Sequence record: NZ_KX443399.1
From: a plasmid
Direction: 5' to 3' (one strand)
Length of the DNA: 64,000 nucleotides
The notes under the pieces: generated by a model
What the model was told of the DNA's origin: nothing
Database searches by the model: none
The model's input: the letters and a program-made list of their open reading frames with translations, nothing else
Position numbers and translations under genes: made by a program
In this document: positions 16,935 through 27,476 of the stretch, in pieces
Layout of the letters: each line of letters begins with the position of its first letter
Numbering within the stretch: position 1 is the stretch's first letter

Positions 16935-18140
16935 TCAGACGGTGGCCGGGGCTCCGGCACCCTGGCCGATTGCGGACGAGATCATCTGCGAGGCAACGCC
17001 CGCCGATCCCTGCCCGAACGCGGTCAGAGCGCCGTCGATCGCGTCGACGACCTGCTGGCCGCCGGGCTGGGCGGTCGCCCAGTCGCGGGCCTGCTGGTCG
17101 ATGCCGGGGGCTGCGTCGACGACGTCGCGCACTGCGGTGGCGGCGGCCTGACCGACCGGGCCCGACTCCTCCCACTGGGTCAGCGTGGTCTCGGTCTGCG
17201 TGGTGATGGCCTCGGAGTCGATGCTGGGCAGCTCGACCTCGATCGGCTGGCCCTGGTCGTCGCCTGCACCGAACGCGGTTCCGGCAGCGAACCCGGCAGC
17301 ACCGCCCGCGATGGCACCCGGAACGGCGGTGATCGCGCCGCCGATCGCAGCACCGGCAGCGGTGCCGGCCACCGTGGTCGGCACGACCACCACGGCGGGA
17401 AGGCCCGGCACCGGCGCGAGCGGGACAGAGACGAACCCGCCGACACCCAGGCCGATGTTGCCGCCGACGGTGCCGCCGATCAGCGCGCCCGGGACCGCGC
17501 CGAGGGCGGCTCCGGAGACCGCGCCGCCGATAGTGCCGGCGAGCTGACCGGCCGCGACCCGGTCCGCGCGGGCGGCGTCGACGCCGATCGAGCGGTAGAA
17601 CGTCGAGACCTGCGAGCGGATCAGCTCGGAGGTGTTGTTGGTGCGCTCCAGATCCCCATCGGTGAGCCAGTTCGGCTGAGTCGCGTGGTAGTCGCCGATC
17701 ATCAGCGTCTTCGGCGGAGCGATGTACATCGGCGCGGCTTCGACCGCGACCGGGGCGTGCAGGGCCGAGTAGTCGATCGGCGCAACGTAGTTCGACTGCT
17801 GCGTGTACTGGTTCGTCTGGTAGTCGTAGTTCGGCTTCGGCACGTAGGTGGGCTGCACGGCCGGGGCTTCGACCCAGTAGGTCGGCTGGCTCGGGGCCTC
17901 AGGCACGTACGCGGGCTCGGGAGCCGGTGCGGGTGCCGGGGTGGCCGTGGTGCCGCCCTGGGTACCGCCGCCGGTGGTGCCGCCCTGCGTGGGGGCCGCG
18001 CCCGCCGACGGGGTCAGGACCAGGCCGGCGGCGAGGGCCGCGGTCGCGACGAGGGCTGCGGTGGCGGTGCCCTGAGCCTTGCGGTGCCGGCCACCCGTCC
18101 GGCGAGCGGCGCGGCTGCTGGTGTTGATGTCGTTGCTCAT
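16935..18140 (-). CDS. secreted Gly/Ala-rich protein (401 aa)
   Basis: GAAAGGCGA RBS; signal peptide; long Gly-rich repeats. Confidence 0.7.
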   Translation of the reverse strand: MSNDINTSSRAARRTGGRHRKAQGTATAALVATAALAAGLVLTPSAGAAPTQGGTTGGGTQGGTTATPAPAPAPEPAYVPEAPSQPTYWVEAPAVQPTYVPKPNYDYQTNQYTQQSNYVAPIDYSALHAPVAVEAAPMYIAPPKTLMIGDYHATQPNWLTDGDLERTNNTSELIRSQVSTFYRSIGVDAARADRVAAGQLAGTIGGAVSGAALGAVPGALIGGTVGGNIGLGVGGFVSVPLAPVPGLPAVVVVPTTVAGTAAGAAIGGAITAVPGAIAGGAAGFAAGTAFGAGDDQGQPIEVELPSIDSEAITTQTETTLTQWEESGPVGQAAATAVRDVVDAAPGIDQQARDWATAQPGGQQVVDAIDGALTAFGQGSAGVASQMISSAIGQGAGAPATV

Positions 18141-18253
18141 TGAGCATCGCCTTTCATCTGGGTTCGGCCTTCGGGAGGCCGGGATCTTCTGGGTTTGGGA
18201 GAGATCGGGAGTAGCGGTCACTCACGCCCGGCCAGGTGGCCGGACCAGCGGGA

Positions 18254-19726
18254 TCAGTGCACGGCGCCCGCCATCAGATCGACAACGGTCGCGGCGAGGA
18301 CGGTCAACGCGTCGCGGGTCTCGCGCCGCAGCTGGGTCAACGCGATCCGCTCACCGGAGGCGAACAACGGCTCGAACGGCATCCGGCACACCGGTACCCG
18401 CAGCGCGGAGAAGGCGTCGACGGCCTCGGTCTCGACCATCGGCGCGTCCCCGGGCCCGTCGGTGATGACGACGACTGTGCGGGCGAGCACGTCCGGGCGG
18501 ACCGCGCCGATCGTGGCGAGGGTGCGCTGCGCGGCCACCGCGGCATCGCGGCGCAACGGCACCGGAACGACGACCGCATGCGCGGCGGTGATCGCCCACC
18601 GCCAACTCCCCGCCAGCGACGAGTTACCGGTGTCCGCGACCAACAGATCGCGGTGCCGGCCGATGATCGCCCCCAACGCTGCGGCGTCATCGAAGCTCAG
18701 CGACGTCTCGGCACCGGCCCTGCCCGCGACGACATCCGATCCGGACGGCTGACGAGTCAGGAACCGCGCCAGCGTGGCCGGGCGGACATCGGTGGCCGCG
18801 GGGTCGATCCCGGCGAGCAGGCTGACGACGTCCTGACCCTGCTCCGGCGGCACAGCGACGCGGTCGGCGAAGCTGCCGCCGACCTCACCGAGATCGAGGC
18901 ACGTGACCGTGGCGGGGCCGCGATACTCGGCCAGCGTCTCGGCCAGGCTGATCGACATCGGCGTCTTGCCCACGCCGCCCTTGACGTTCGCGAAGGTGAC
19001 CAGCGCACCCTCCGGCAGAGTGCGCGCGATCGCCTGCTGTGCACCGCGCAGCCGCATCTCGAGCGAGTCCGACTTCGGCGCCAGCTTCAGTCCGAGCATC
19101 GCGTTGATACGGCCGCGCACACCGAGCCGAGCCGGATCGCTCGACGCGGTGTTCGCCCGCGGCGCCGACAGCTGCGACAGCCCGTCCAGCGGCCCGGTGA
19201 TCGGGCCGGTGACCGGCTCGGCCGGCCGCTGCCCCACCGAAGGCGGTGTCGGGGCAGCGACCGGACGCGACACGGGCTGTGTGGGTACCGAGGCGGGCTG
19301 CGGGGGCACCGGACGCGGGACGGCCTGGGCAGGTGCCGGGGTGGGCGCCTGGACGGGCTGCGCGGGCCTCTCGTCGGTGATCCGCTCGGCCGAGACGACG
19401 ACCGGACCCGCAGGCGGCGCGGGCGTCGTCTCGGGGGCCGGTTCAGTCGCTGCGGGAGCGACGGCCGGCATCGGCGCGCTCGGGGTTCGGGTCTCGGCTT
19501 TCCCGTCCGGGGTCACCGTCAGAAAGCGCGAGTTCTCACCCTTGCGGTAGACGACCTCGACATCCGAGTCTTGGCCCTTGGCAACACCGGCCAGGAACTC
19601 GAACACGACGAACTCGAGGGACTTGGTTTCCGTCGCCTCCAGATCCATCGGCGGCACGTTGGCGTCCGCCAGGGTCGCGCGGGCAGTGGTATCGGAGGTG
19701 ACCTCGACATCAACGGTCGGCGTCAT
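18254..19726 (-). CDS. ParA/MinD/CpaE-like P-loop ATPase with N-terminal domain and Pro-rich linker (490 aa)
   Basis: deviant Walker A FANVKGGVGKTPMSISLAE. Confidence 0.75.
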   Translation of the reverse strand: MTPTVDVEVTSDTTARATLADANVPPMDLEATETKSLEFVVFEFLAGVAKGQDSDVEVVYRKGENSRFLTVTPDGKAETRTPSAPMPAVAPAATEPAPETTPAPPAGPVVVSAERITDERPAQPVQAPTPAPAQAVPRPVPPQPASVPTQPVSRPVAAPTPPSVGQRPAEPVTGPITGPLDGLSQLSAPRANTASSDPARLGVRGRINAMLGLKLAPKSDSLEMRLRGAQQAIARTLPEGALVTFANVKGGVGKTPMSISLAETLAEYRGPATVTCLDLGEVGGSFADRVAVPPEQGQDVVSLLAGIDPAATDVRPATLARFLTRQPSGSDVVAGRAGAETSLSFDDAAALGAIIGRHRDLLVADTGNSSLAGSWRWAITAAHAVVVPVPLRRDAAVAAQRTLATIGAVRPDVLARTVVVITDGPGDAPMVETEAVDAFSALRVPVCRMPFEPLFASGERIALTQLRRETRDALTVLAATVVDLMAGAVH

Positions 19727-19728
19727 CG

Positions 19729-20076
19729 TTAGCTGATCCCGCCGAAGGCGCTGGCGCCGGCCAGAGCCTTGTCCATGTCCTCGACGACCTCCACGGTCGC
19801 CTCCAGCTCGCTGAGTGCCTTGGCGCGGGCATCTCCCTCGGGCAGGGCCTCGATGATCGCGCGGCGCTTGTCGGACGCTTCGCGGATCTCGGCAAGGCGC
19901 TCTCGGGTCAGCTCCTGGTCCTCGCTGAGCTTGGCCAGCCACGCGGGGGCGTCGTTGAGCTGGTTGCGCAGTTCGACGATCAGGGGGTCGTTCGCGCCCT
20001 TCTTCGTGAACGGTCCGCGCAGTGCGGTGACGTCCTCGGCGGTGGGGGTGATCGACTGGGAGATACGGCGGCTCAT
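19729..20076 (-). CDS. hypothetical coiled-coil protein (115 aa)
   Basis: GAGAGGAACC RBS. Confidence 0.7.
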   Translation of the reverse strand: MSRRISQSITPTAEDVTALRGPFTKKGANDPLIVELRNQLNDAPAWLAKLSEDQELTRERLAEIREASDKRRAIIEALPEGDARAKALSELEATVEVVEDMDKALAGASAFGGIS

Positions 20077-20117
20077 GGTGGTTCCTCTCGGTGGTGGTGA
20101 AACGGAAAACTTTGGGG

Positions 20118-22274
20118 TCAGGCCATCGCCGCGACGCGGTCGGCCTCTGGCAGGACGACGACGCCGATGGCGTCGAAGGTGATGCGGGTCTTCACGCGGC
20201 CGGAGCCGACAGTCAGGACGGTCTCGGTGACGTCGCCCTTGCCGTCGCGGCTCACGTCGACGGCGTCGACGGTGACGGGCACCAGCTCGCCGCTCTCGTC
20301 GTCGATCAAGACCGTCATGCCGGCCTCGACAGCGGAGGCGGGGATGACGTCGGGCAGGTCGTCGTCGACGGGCTCGGCAAACGGTGCCGCGACCTGGTCC
20401 ATGCCGGTGTCGGCGTCGTTGTCTTCGGGAGTCGTGGCGGCGCCGATGACGACCGGTTCGAGGGCGCTGCCGTGCTTGCGCGCATGCTTGGCGAGGGCGC
20501 GCTCGGATTCGATGAACTCGGCCAGCTCGCGCGAGTAGCAGGTGAACTGCGGCGCCTCGGCCGGGACGAGGCCGTCGATGATCGCCTTCTCGCTCTCGGA
20601 GAGCTGGTTCCACTTGTTCGGGTGCTTGTCGACGTTCGGGGTCCACCACATCTGCGCGTCGACCGGGTTGCCGTCGTCACCGAGCGCGACGCCGCGGCCC
20701 TTGACCGAGGTATCGACGGTGCGGCCGACGGTCGCGTCGCCCCAGAGCATCAGCGCGCCGTCCTGCGAGAGGTTGCCGAGCGAGATGCGGGTGCCGAAGT
20801 TGTCTCGCGCGTTGCCGGAGGCGCCACCGAACAGGCTGGCGTCGGGGCGCTGCACGCCGAGCAGCAGACGGATGCCGGCCGAACGGGCAAGCACCGCGAG
20901 GTCCGCCCACGCACCGAGCGGATCAAGCTGCGCGAGCTGCGCCTTGGACTCGTCATCGCCCGTCTTCGCCAGGCGCTGCCACTTGCCGGAGAGGATGAAG
21001 AACTCGTCGAGCACCGCGATCATCAGCGGCAGCTGCGAACCCTCGATCTTCATCTCGTGGATGTAGTTGTTGCGGGCCATCATTTCGCTGTGCAGAGCGC
21101 GCACGAACATCGCCGCACGCAGCGCGTCGTAGATGATCGCCCCGCACCCCGGGTAGCCCTCGAGGCCGTCGAGTTCGATCATCTTCGGATCGACGCCGAC
21201 GAACGGGATGCCGCGGCGCGCGGCCTCGGTCAGCAGCGTGCGGATCACCGATGTCTTACCGCCGCCGGTGGGGCCGACGATCAGGCAGTGCGGCTTGTTC
21301 GAGCTGGTCGACACGTCCCAGAACATGGTGCGGTCCGCGGCGGCCGTCGCGTAGGGAAGGTGGCGCAGATTCTCGTCGACCAGCTCCAGCGGGTGGTCCA
21401 CGCGGGTCGGCATCGGCGCGACCAGACGCATGATCAGGTAGCCCTTGTCCGGGAACCAGTCAGTGGTCCAGTTACGGCCCGACTCATGGGTGCCGGCCAG
21501 CGATGCGAGAGCTTCCTCGACCTTCGCCTGGAAACCGCTGGCACCAGCGTTCATCGACATCGTGAACGTGATCCGGTAACCGGTCTCGACACCGTTCTCG
21601 TCGACCGTCTCCACGGTGACCTTCGGGTCCTTGAAGATCGAGGTGTCGTCGATCGCCGCCTGGAGCACCTTCTGACGCTCGGAACGGGTGTCGACAGCAG
21701 GGGTTTCACGGGTGATGACGATGCGGTCGTGGTGCGCCTCGTGACGCACCTTGGTCTCCTGCTCACCGACCGGCGGGAACGCGGCCTCGATCGCGCGCGC
21801 GACCTCTTCGAACTGCTTGGGCCGGATCACCGTGCCTCGGTGCAGCTTGATCGTCGCGCGGCGGGGTGCGCGCCACCCGGGCGGGAACGAGATGGTCACC
21901 TTCTTCGGCAGATGCCCAGTGCCCTGACGGACCACCGATTCGAGCATCTGCGACCACTTGTGCAGGCGGTGCCGCACGACGTCGCCCGCGATCAACGCGG
22001 CCGCGACGACGATCAGCAGCACCCGGTAGCTGTGGAGCTTCGTCAACACGTCGACGACCGTCTCGTTGCCGGCCGCCACGTCCATCAGGCGCGGGGCGTA
22101 GACAGCGACACCGGCGGCGACGACGACGATCGGCGAGAGCGGGGTGAAGCGGCGGATGCGCGTCGGCCGGCCATCCTCACCGACGTTCTGGCCGCGACCG
22201 TCACCGGACTCACCGAAGATGTCGCGCCACGTCGCGACGATCCAGTCCTTGAGTGGGTCCTGATTTCCGCTCAC
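20118..22274 (-). CDS. FtsK/SpoIIIE-family DNA translocase (TraB/TcpA-like conjugative coupling protein)
   Basis: N-terminal TM region; Walker A LIVGPTGGGKTSVIRTL; LLLGVQRPDASLFGG... motor motifs. Confidence 0.9.
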   Translation of the reverse strand: MSGNQDPLKDWIVATWRDIFGESGDGRGQNVGEDGRPTRIRRFTPLSPIVVVAAGVAVYAPRLMDVAAGNETVVDVLTKLHSYRVLLIVVAAALIAGDVVRHRLHKWSQMLESVVRQGTGHLPKKVTISFPPGWRAPRRATIKLHRGTVIRPKQFEEVARAIEAAFPPVGEQETKVRHEAHHDRIVITRETPAVDTRSERQKVLQAAIDDTSIFKDPKVTVETVDENGVETGYRITFTMSMNAGASGFQAKVEEALASLAGTHESGRNWTTDWFPDKGYLIMRLVAPMPTRVDHPLELVDENLRHLPYATAAADRTMFWDVSTSSNKPHCLIVGPTGGGKTSVIRTLLTEAARRGIPFVGVDPKMIELDGLEGYPGCGAIIYDALRAAMFVRALHSEMMARNNYIHEMKIEGSQLPLMIAVLDEFFILSGKWQRLAKTGDDESKAQLAQLDPLGAWADLAVLARSAGIRLLLGVQRPDASLFGGASGNARDNFGTRISLGNLSQDGALMLWGDATVGRTVDTSVKGRGVALGDDGNPVDAQMWWTPNVDKHPNKWNQLSESEKAIIDGLVPAEAPQFTCYSRELAEFIESERALAKHARKHGSALEPVVIGAATTPEDNDADTGMDQVAAPFAEPVDDDLPDVIPASAVEAGMTVLIDDESGELVPVTVDAVDVSRDGKGDVTETVLTVGSGRVKTRITFDAIGVVVLPEADRVAAMA

Positions 22275-22379
22275 CGCCTACGCCTTTCAATCGAACTGAG
22301 CTGTCCCCGACGCCGCCTGTGAAGGCGTCCTTTTGAACACTGGCAGGAAGTCGCGATTTTCCTCAACTGGGTCCCCCCT

Positions 22380-22900
22380 CCCCCGAGCGCGGAAAACCTC
22401 GATGGCGAACACCGCTCGTGCGCACAGCTTCCGGCGTTCACGAGCGCTCTTCCCGCACGCTCGATGGACCGTTCGCTGCGGCGATGCACGAGGGCTGTTT
22501 CGAGCGGCGCACAGACCGTTCGCGGAGCGCTACGCGAGCGGTGCACAGACCGTTCGCCGGAGGGCTACACGAGCGCTGTTTCGGGCGCTGTCAGGAGCGT
22601 TCACTCGGCGGCGTGTGAGCGCTGTTTCGAGCGGTGCGCGACCCGTTCGAGCGGGCGCTGCGCGCGTGCTGTTTCGGACGCTGTCGGGGCGCCCGCATGG
22701 GCGCTGTTTCGAGCGCTGTGCGGACCGTTTGACGGGGGCGGTGCGAACGCTGTTTCGGGCGGTGCTTCGACCGTTCCGATCGGCGCCGGTTGCGCGGCTT
22801 CCACGGGCGGTCGCGGGCGGCGGTCGGATCGGTGTTGCGAGCGTCTGAAACAGCGTCTGTGCGCGGCGGTGTCGACCGGTCGTTCGAGCGGCCCGCTGAG
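22380..22900. repeat. Dense degenerate direct/inverted repeats (GCGCTGTTTCGAGCG / GACCGTTCG units; AGCGCT palindromes) in non-coding DNA
   Basis: GCTGTTTCG x6, GACCGTTCG x6, (T)TCGAGCG x>=7 at irregular 28-84 bp spacing; not CRISPR-like. Confidence 0.6.
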
Positions 22901-22967
22901 CGCCCCTCATAGCGTTTGAAATGGGGGTTCCGAAATGCGTTGGCGCGGCGGCGTTTCTGGATGTACA

Positions 22968-22999
22968 CTCCCCCCCTAAGGACTTCGTCCGGGGGGGAG
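22968..22999. other. Perfect 9-bp GC hairpin CTCCCCCCC-N14-GGGGGGGAG; oriT/nic-site candidate
   Basis: isolated strong IR in long non-coding region between T4CP gene and T4SS operon. Confidence 0.35.
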
Positions 23000-23607
23000 T
23001 GCCCCGGAGGGGGTGGGTGCGGGAGGCGCCTTTTCGAGCGCCCGAATCGACCGCCCAAATCAACCGCCGAATCCGGCGCCCTTTTTCACCGCTCATTCGA
23101 GCGCGTTTCTCAGACCTCCCAGCGCCCCTGTCTCAGGCGCCTTGCACGGGCGTGGCGAACGCGCTGTTTCGGCCGGCGCGCACGGCCCGGGCCGCGGCCC
23201 CTTTCACACACTGCGCCGAGCACCTTCCCCGCGGTGCTCGCACAGCCGCTGCCGCGAACGCTTCACACGCCGCCCGAAACGACACTCAGATAGGCGCACG
23301 CCGAGGCGCTCTCGCGCCTGCTGCCGTACGTAGTCGAACTGGGCTCCCATAGGGGCCATATGCGAGCCCATCGCCCATACGCCCCATAGAGCGGCACATG
23401 GGCCCCCGGAACCCGCACGCACATGCCTGCTCCAGCGGCTGCGAAACGGTGCCGCGGATCTTGCTCGCACACAGCGCCGTTGCCGAACGCCGAACGGCGG
23501 CTCTCTCAGCATCGAGCGCCACCGTCGTGCACCCCGATGCGAATCCAACTTCTGCGATACCTGATACCGCCGCCGACCTCGCCGGAAACAGCGTTCGGCA
23601 GGGGGGA

Positions 23608-23645
23608 CCCCGTTGAGGAAAAAAGCCGTTTCGACTTACGTTCGG
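23608..23645 (+). promoter_or_regulatory. Conserved element CCCCGTTGAGGAAAA..GCCG....ACGT upstream of T4SS operon (also at 46367-46405)
   Basis: 15/15 identical core plus gapped similarity, ~50-60 nt upstream of first ATG of two + operons. Confidence 0.35.
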
Positions 23646-23695
23646 CTGCATCCACTTTCAGGTGCACTGTCCGAACTCAGCGATGGAGCGTGCTC

Positions 23696-24001
23696 ATGTC
23701 CCTCACGTCAGCAGTTGCCGATCTGGCACTCACGACCCCGAACGTCGATGTGCTCGCGCAGTCGACCCAAGTCTCGACCGGCGGTCTGCGTGCGTGGATC
23801 GGCGACAACATCATCTTCACGATCCTCGCGCTGATCGCGTGCGCGGTTCTCGTCGGCGGTCTGCGCGGCAACCTGTCGAAGGTTTTCACCGTCGGTGGGC
23901 TTTCCCTCGTCGGTGTCGCGTTTTTCTCCCTCGCAAGCAGTGAGAGCGCCGCGACGGGCATCGGCAACTGGATTCTCGGCCTGTTCGGCGTCCAGGTCTG
24001 A
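23696..24001 (+). CDS. small 2-TM membrane protein (VirB2/pilin-like), 101 aa
   Basis: first gene of T4SS-like operon. Confidence 0.65.
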   Translation: MSLTSAVADLALTTPNVDVLAQSTQVSTGGLRAWIGDNIIFTILALIACAVLVGGLRGNLSKVFTVGGLSLVGVAFFSLASSESAATGIGNWILGLFGVQV

Positions 24002-24045
24002 TCTGCCGTGCCTGAGCACCGACCAACGACCGAGGGGAGCCGACC

Positions 24046-24432
24046 GTGATCGACAACGACGACATGCTGCACCGAGTGGATCGGCACTACCTCGGACCGA
24101 CCGGGTTCACGCTGCCGTTCCGTATTCGCTACGCGGCACTCGGGCTCGGCGCGCTGCTGCTGGTGACCGTGTTCATCGTTGCGCGCGGCATCGTGCACGT
24201 GCCGCTCGGGTTCAAGTCGATCGTGGTGATGGTCATCGTCACCGTCGCGATCACCGCGCGGGTGACGAAGGTCGTCAACGCCGATCGCCCGATCCGGTCG
24301 GTGTTCAAAGCCGCGTGGAACGACCTCAACACCCCGCGCCCACCGAAGCCCGGGCAGACCGTCGTGCTTCGCATTCCTGCCACTGTCCGCGCGCACCGCG
24401 GCGCTCCGATCGAAGGTGAGTCCCACCGATGA
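24046..24432 (+). CDS. small membrane protein (VirB3-like), 128 aa
   Basis: GTG with GAGGGGA RBS; 4-bp overlap with VirB4 gene. Confidence 0.65.
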   Translation: MIDNDDMLHRVDRHYLGPTGFTLPFRIRYAALGLGALLLVTVFIVARGIVHVPLGFKSIVVMVIVTVAITARVTKVVNADRPIRSVFKAAWNDLNTPRPPKPGQTVVLRIPATVRAHRGAPIEGESHR

Positions 24433-27400
24433 CCATGCAGTCCGACAACGACATCGCTGCACTGTTCGATCCGAACTTCGACGAGCCCGAGCCGACCGTC
24501 GTGCCGCCGGGGGCGCTGCCGCCGTCGTGGGCCGCGGCGATGGCTGCGAATCGTGCCGCCTCCTCGCCGGTCGCACCGGCGCCGGCACTGCCGCAGGAGT
24601 TGGCGTGGTCGCAGGCCCCCGACCCTGCCTCGGTACCGCCTGTGATCGCTGCTGCGGAAGCGGCCGAGGAACCGGCCGGCACCGGCAAGCGGCGGAAGAA
24701 GAAGCGCGGCAAGCAGGCCGATCCGGATGCCGAGTTCACGCGGCAGGCGAAGGCCGCGCGCAAGCGCCGCGAGCGCGAGCGCAAGGCCGTGAGCCTGGAG
24801 CTGGTCGGCGTGGAGGGCAACGTCACCCGCACGCGCCGACAGTCCACCGCGTGGTTCGTCCAGCCGCCGGGCCCGTGGAACATGCGCCCGGTCGGCAAGC
24901 AGCGCCGCTACATCCAGAACGAGGGCCTGGTCGTGGCGAACCTCGCCGAAGCGGGCGTGACGGGGCTGCACCGGCGGCTGGTGCGCACGCCGTGGCCGGT
25001 GCGGCAGTGGGCGCAGAACCATGACGCGTGGGCCGAGCCGATCCCGGACGTGCCTGGGGCGCTGTCGTGGGCCGACTATCTGCGCGGGCAGCAGCACGCG
25101 ATGTTGTGGGGCAACCCGACTCAGAAGGGCCGCTACTGGGGCGTGGAGCTGCCTCCGCGCTCGATGCTGGCGCAGGGGCTCGATTGGGTCGGTCAGTGGC
25201 TGGTTCCGGTCGTCGACGCACCGCTGCTCGGCACGTTCGCGAAGCTGGTGCAGCGGTGGGCGCGGGATGCGTTCCTGAACGAGCAGAAGGCGATCGCCGA
25301 TCATCTCGCGACGATCGAGCGGCACCTGTCCGGGCAGGGCGTGAACGCCAAGCCCGCAAGCGCGGCGCAGATGGACTACTTGCTGCTGCGCTCCGCCTCG
25401 CTCGGGCTGCCGCTCGACGCGGACGGGGTGATCTCCGGAGCGGGCGACTGGGAGGAGTCCGACGTCGCCGCACTCGAAGACCTCACGAACCTCGAACTGA
25501 CGCCCGGCGATGGCTACACGACCGTGCGTGGTCAGGTCGGCGGACGGGACTACACCGGCTACGCGATCGTGCTCACGGTCGGGCGGATGGCGCCGCTGCC
25601 GATCCCGGAGAAGATGCTCCCCTGGCAGGTGATCGGCGACCCGTCCGGCGAACCGCTGGAGTGGTCCGAGCGCATCAAGCTCAAGACCAAGGGGCAGACG
25701 CTGCGCAGCCTGCGCCGCCTGACCGACCGGATCGAGTCGCAGTTCGACCACTACACCGTCGAGCACGACCAGGTCCCGCCGCAGGAGCTGGCCGAGCAGC
25801 ACGCGCTCGCCCAGCGCGCCATCTCCGACATCGAGGAAGACCATTCGGGTCTGTCCGTGCGCACCGAGGGCTGGTACCGGGTCCTCGTCGTCGGCTCGAC
25901 CCCGGAAGAGGCGAAGGAGAAAGTCGCGCTCCTCCAGGAGATGTACGCGCCGCGCATTCGCCTCGAACACGAGCACGGCCAGTACCAGCTGCTGCGCGAG
26001 TTCATCCCCGGTGAGCCGCTGGCGAACATCGCGCACTGCCGCCGCATGAGCGTCGAAGCCCTCTCAGCCGGCATGGCGGCCGTCGGTGACCGGATCGGTG
26101 ACCGCACCGGCGTCGTGATCGGCCAGACCGCGTCGATCGCACCCCGGCCGGCGGTGTGGGATCTGTTCGCCGCGCACGAGAAGAAGCACAAGTCCGGCCT
26201 GACCCCGATCGTCGCCGTCCCGGGTTCGGGCAAGACGTTCCTCGCGGGCGTGCTCGTCTACCAAGCAGTTCGGGCGGGTGCGTACGGCGTGGTGCTCGAC
26301 CCGTCCGGTCCGCTGAAGAAGCTCGCGCAGCTGCCCGAGTTCCGTGGCATCGCCGAAGTCCAGGCGCTGACCGGCCGGACGTCGCGGCCCGGTTCGCTCA
26401 ACCCGTACCGGGTGATCGTGGATCCGCGCCGCGACGATCCGGAGTACGACCCGACGAGCGCGGACTATGCCGACGACGCCGACCCGGTCGCGGCGGCGCA
26501 GTCGCAGTACGAGGCGGATCTGCGTGCCGCGGAGGCGGAGCGGATTTCGGTGGCGGTGTCGGTGCTGAAGATGATGCTGACCCCCGCGCGACTCGAGCAC
26601 CAGTGGACCGAGACGGTGCTCCAGACGGCGGCGAACACGGTCGGCGGCGGCCGCAACCACAACCTCAACGAGGTCCTGGCCGCCATCGCGTCGATCGGTG
26701 AGGGCGAGAACGAGACCAATGCCGATCTGATCTCGTGCGCACGGTCGATCCACCAGGACCTGTCGATGATGTCGCAGCTCGCCGAAGCGCGAGTGCTGTT
26801 CCCGGGCGAGGGCACCGTCGGCGACATCCCGGACGCCGAACGCAATGTGCGCCTGACGGTGCTGACGATGCCGGGCCTTCAGCTGCCCCCGGAGGGCACC
26901 GATCCGTCGCAGTGGACGCCGCAGCAGCGGATGGCCGGCCCGCTGATGCACATGGCCGCATGGCTGGCGAACCGTCTCGTCTACGAACTGCCCCGCTACG
27001 AGCGCAAGGTGCTCTTCCTCGACGAGAACAAGTACCTCGAGCAGACCGGTGCCGGCCGCACCCTGAACCTGCGGATCGCGCGTGACTCCCGCAAGTTCAA
27101 GGTCCGCGCGCTCGTCTGCTCGCAGCTGCCCGACGACTACCTCGGTGTCGATGGCACCGACGACAAGTCGGCACTGACGTACGAGGTGATCATCGGCGAT
27201 CTCGGTGGCAACGCTCACGCGATCGAGGGCGCGCTGAAGCTGCTGAACCTGCCGGCCGGTGAGGGCTACGAGGCCCTGCTCGCCGGTCTCGGCGGCGGCG
27301 GCGAGGACACCCTCGACGAGGACACCGACACCGAACACCTGGATCAGGCCCGCCGGTTCATCGTGAAGATGGCCGACGACATCGAGCTGATCCGCTCGGA

Positions 27401-27476
27401 CTGGACGCACTTCGTGCACCTGGCCCACGTGTTCGAGGCCCTGGACTCGCGCGCCACCCGCGGCGGTGCGGCATGA
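24429..27476 (+). CDS. VirB4/TrbE-like conjugative T4SS ATPase (1015 aa)
   Basis: Walker A VAVPGSGKTFLAGV; Walker B VLFLDENKYL; disordered Ala/Pro/Lys-rich N-terminus. Confidence 0.9.
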   Translation: MTMQSDNDIAALFDPNFDEPEPTVVPPGALPPSWAAAMAANRAASSPVAPAPALPQELAWSQAPDPASVPPVIAAAEAAEEPAGTGKRRKKKRGKQADPDAEFTRQAKAARKRRERERKAVSLELVGVEGNVTRTRRQSTAWFVQPPGPWNMRPVGKQRRYIQNEGLVVANLAEAGVTGLHRRLVRTPWPVRQWAQNHDAWAEPIPDVPGALSWADYLRGQQHAMLWGNPTQKGRYWGVELPPRSMLAQGLDWVGQWLVPVVDAPLLGTFAKLVQRWARDAFLNEQKAIADHLATIERHLSGQGVNAKPASAAQMDYLLLRSASLGLPLDADGVISGAGDWEESDVAALEDLTNLELTPGDGYTTVRGQVGGRDYTGYAIVLTVGRMAPLPIPEKMLPWQVIGDPSGEPLEWSERIKLKTKGQTLRSLRRLTDRIESQFDHYTVEHDQVPPQELAEQHALAQRAISDIEEDHSGLSVRTEGWYRVLVVGSTPEEAKEKVALLQEMYAPRIRLEHEHGQYQLLREFIPGEPLANIAHCRRMSVEALSAGMAAVGDRIGDRTGVVIGQTASIAPRPAVWDLFAAHEKKHKSGLTPIVAVPGSGKTFLAGVLVYQAVRAGAYGVVLDPSGPLKKLAQLPEFRGIAEVQALTGRTSRPGSLNPYRVIVDPRRDDPEYDPTSADYADDADPVAAAQSQYEADLRAAEAERISVAVSVLKMMLTPARLEHQWTETVLQTAANTVGGGRNHNLNEVLAAIASIGEGENETNADLISCARSIHQDLSMMSQLAEARVLFPGEGTVGDIPDAERNVRLTVLTMPGLQLPPEGTDPSQWTPQQRMAGPLMHMAAWLANRLVYELPRYERKVLFLDENKYLEQTGAGRTLNLRIARDSRKFKVRALVCSQLPDDYLGVDGTDDKSALTYEVIIGDLGGNAHAIEGALKLLNLPAGEGYEALLAGLGGGGEDTLDEDTDTEHLDQARRFIVKMADDIELIRSDWTHFVHLAHVFEALDSRATRGGAA

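Noticed and set aside
18236-22322. Long + ORFs (498 and 743 aa) opposite the ATPase and FtsK-like genes
   Set aside because: Antisense artefacts; the minus-strand genes have Walker motifs and RBSs.
22380-22900. Repeat array considered as a possible CRISPR array
   Set aside because: Repeats are degenerate and irregularly spaced (28-84 bp), with no uniform spacers and no cas genes.
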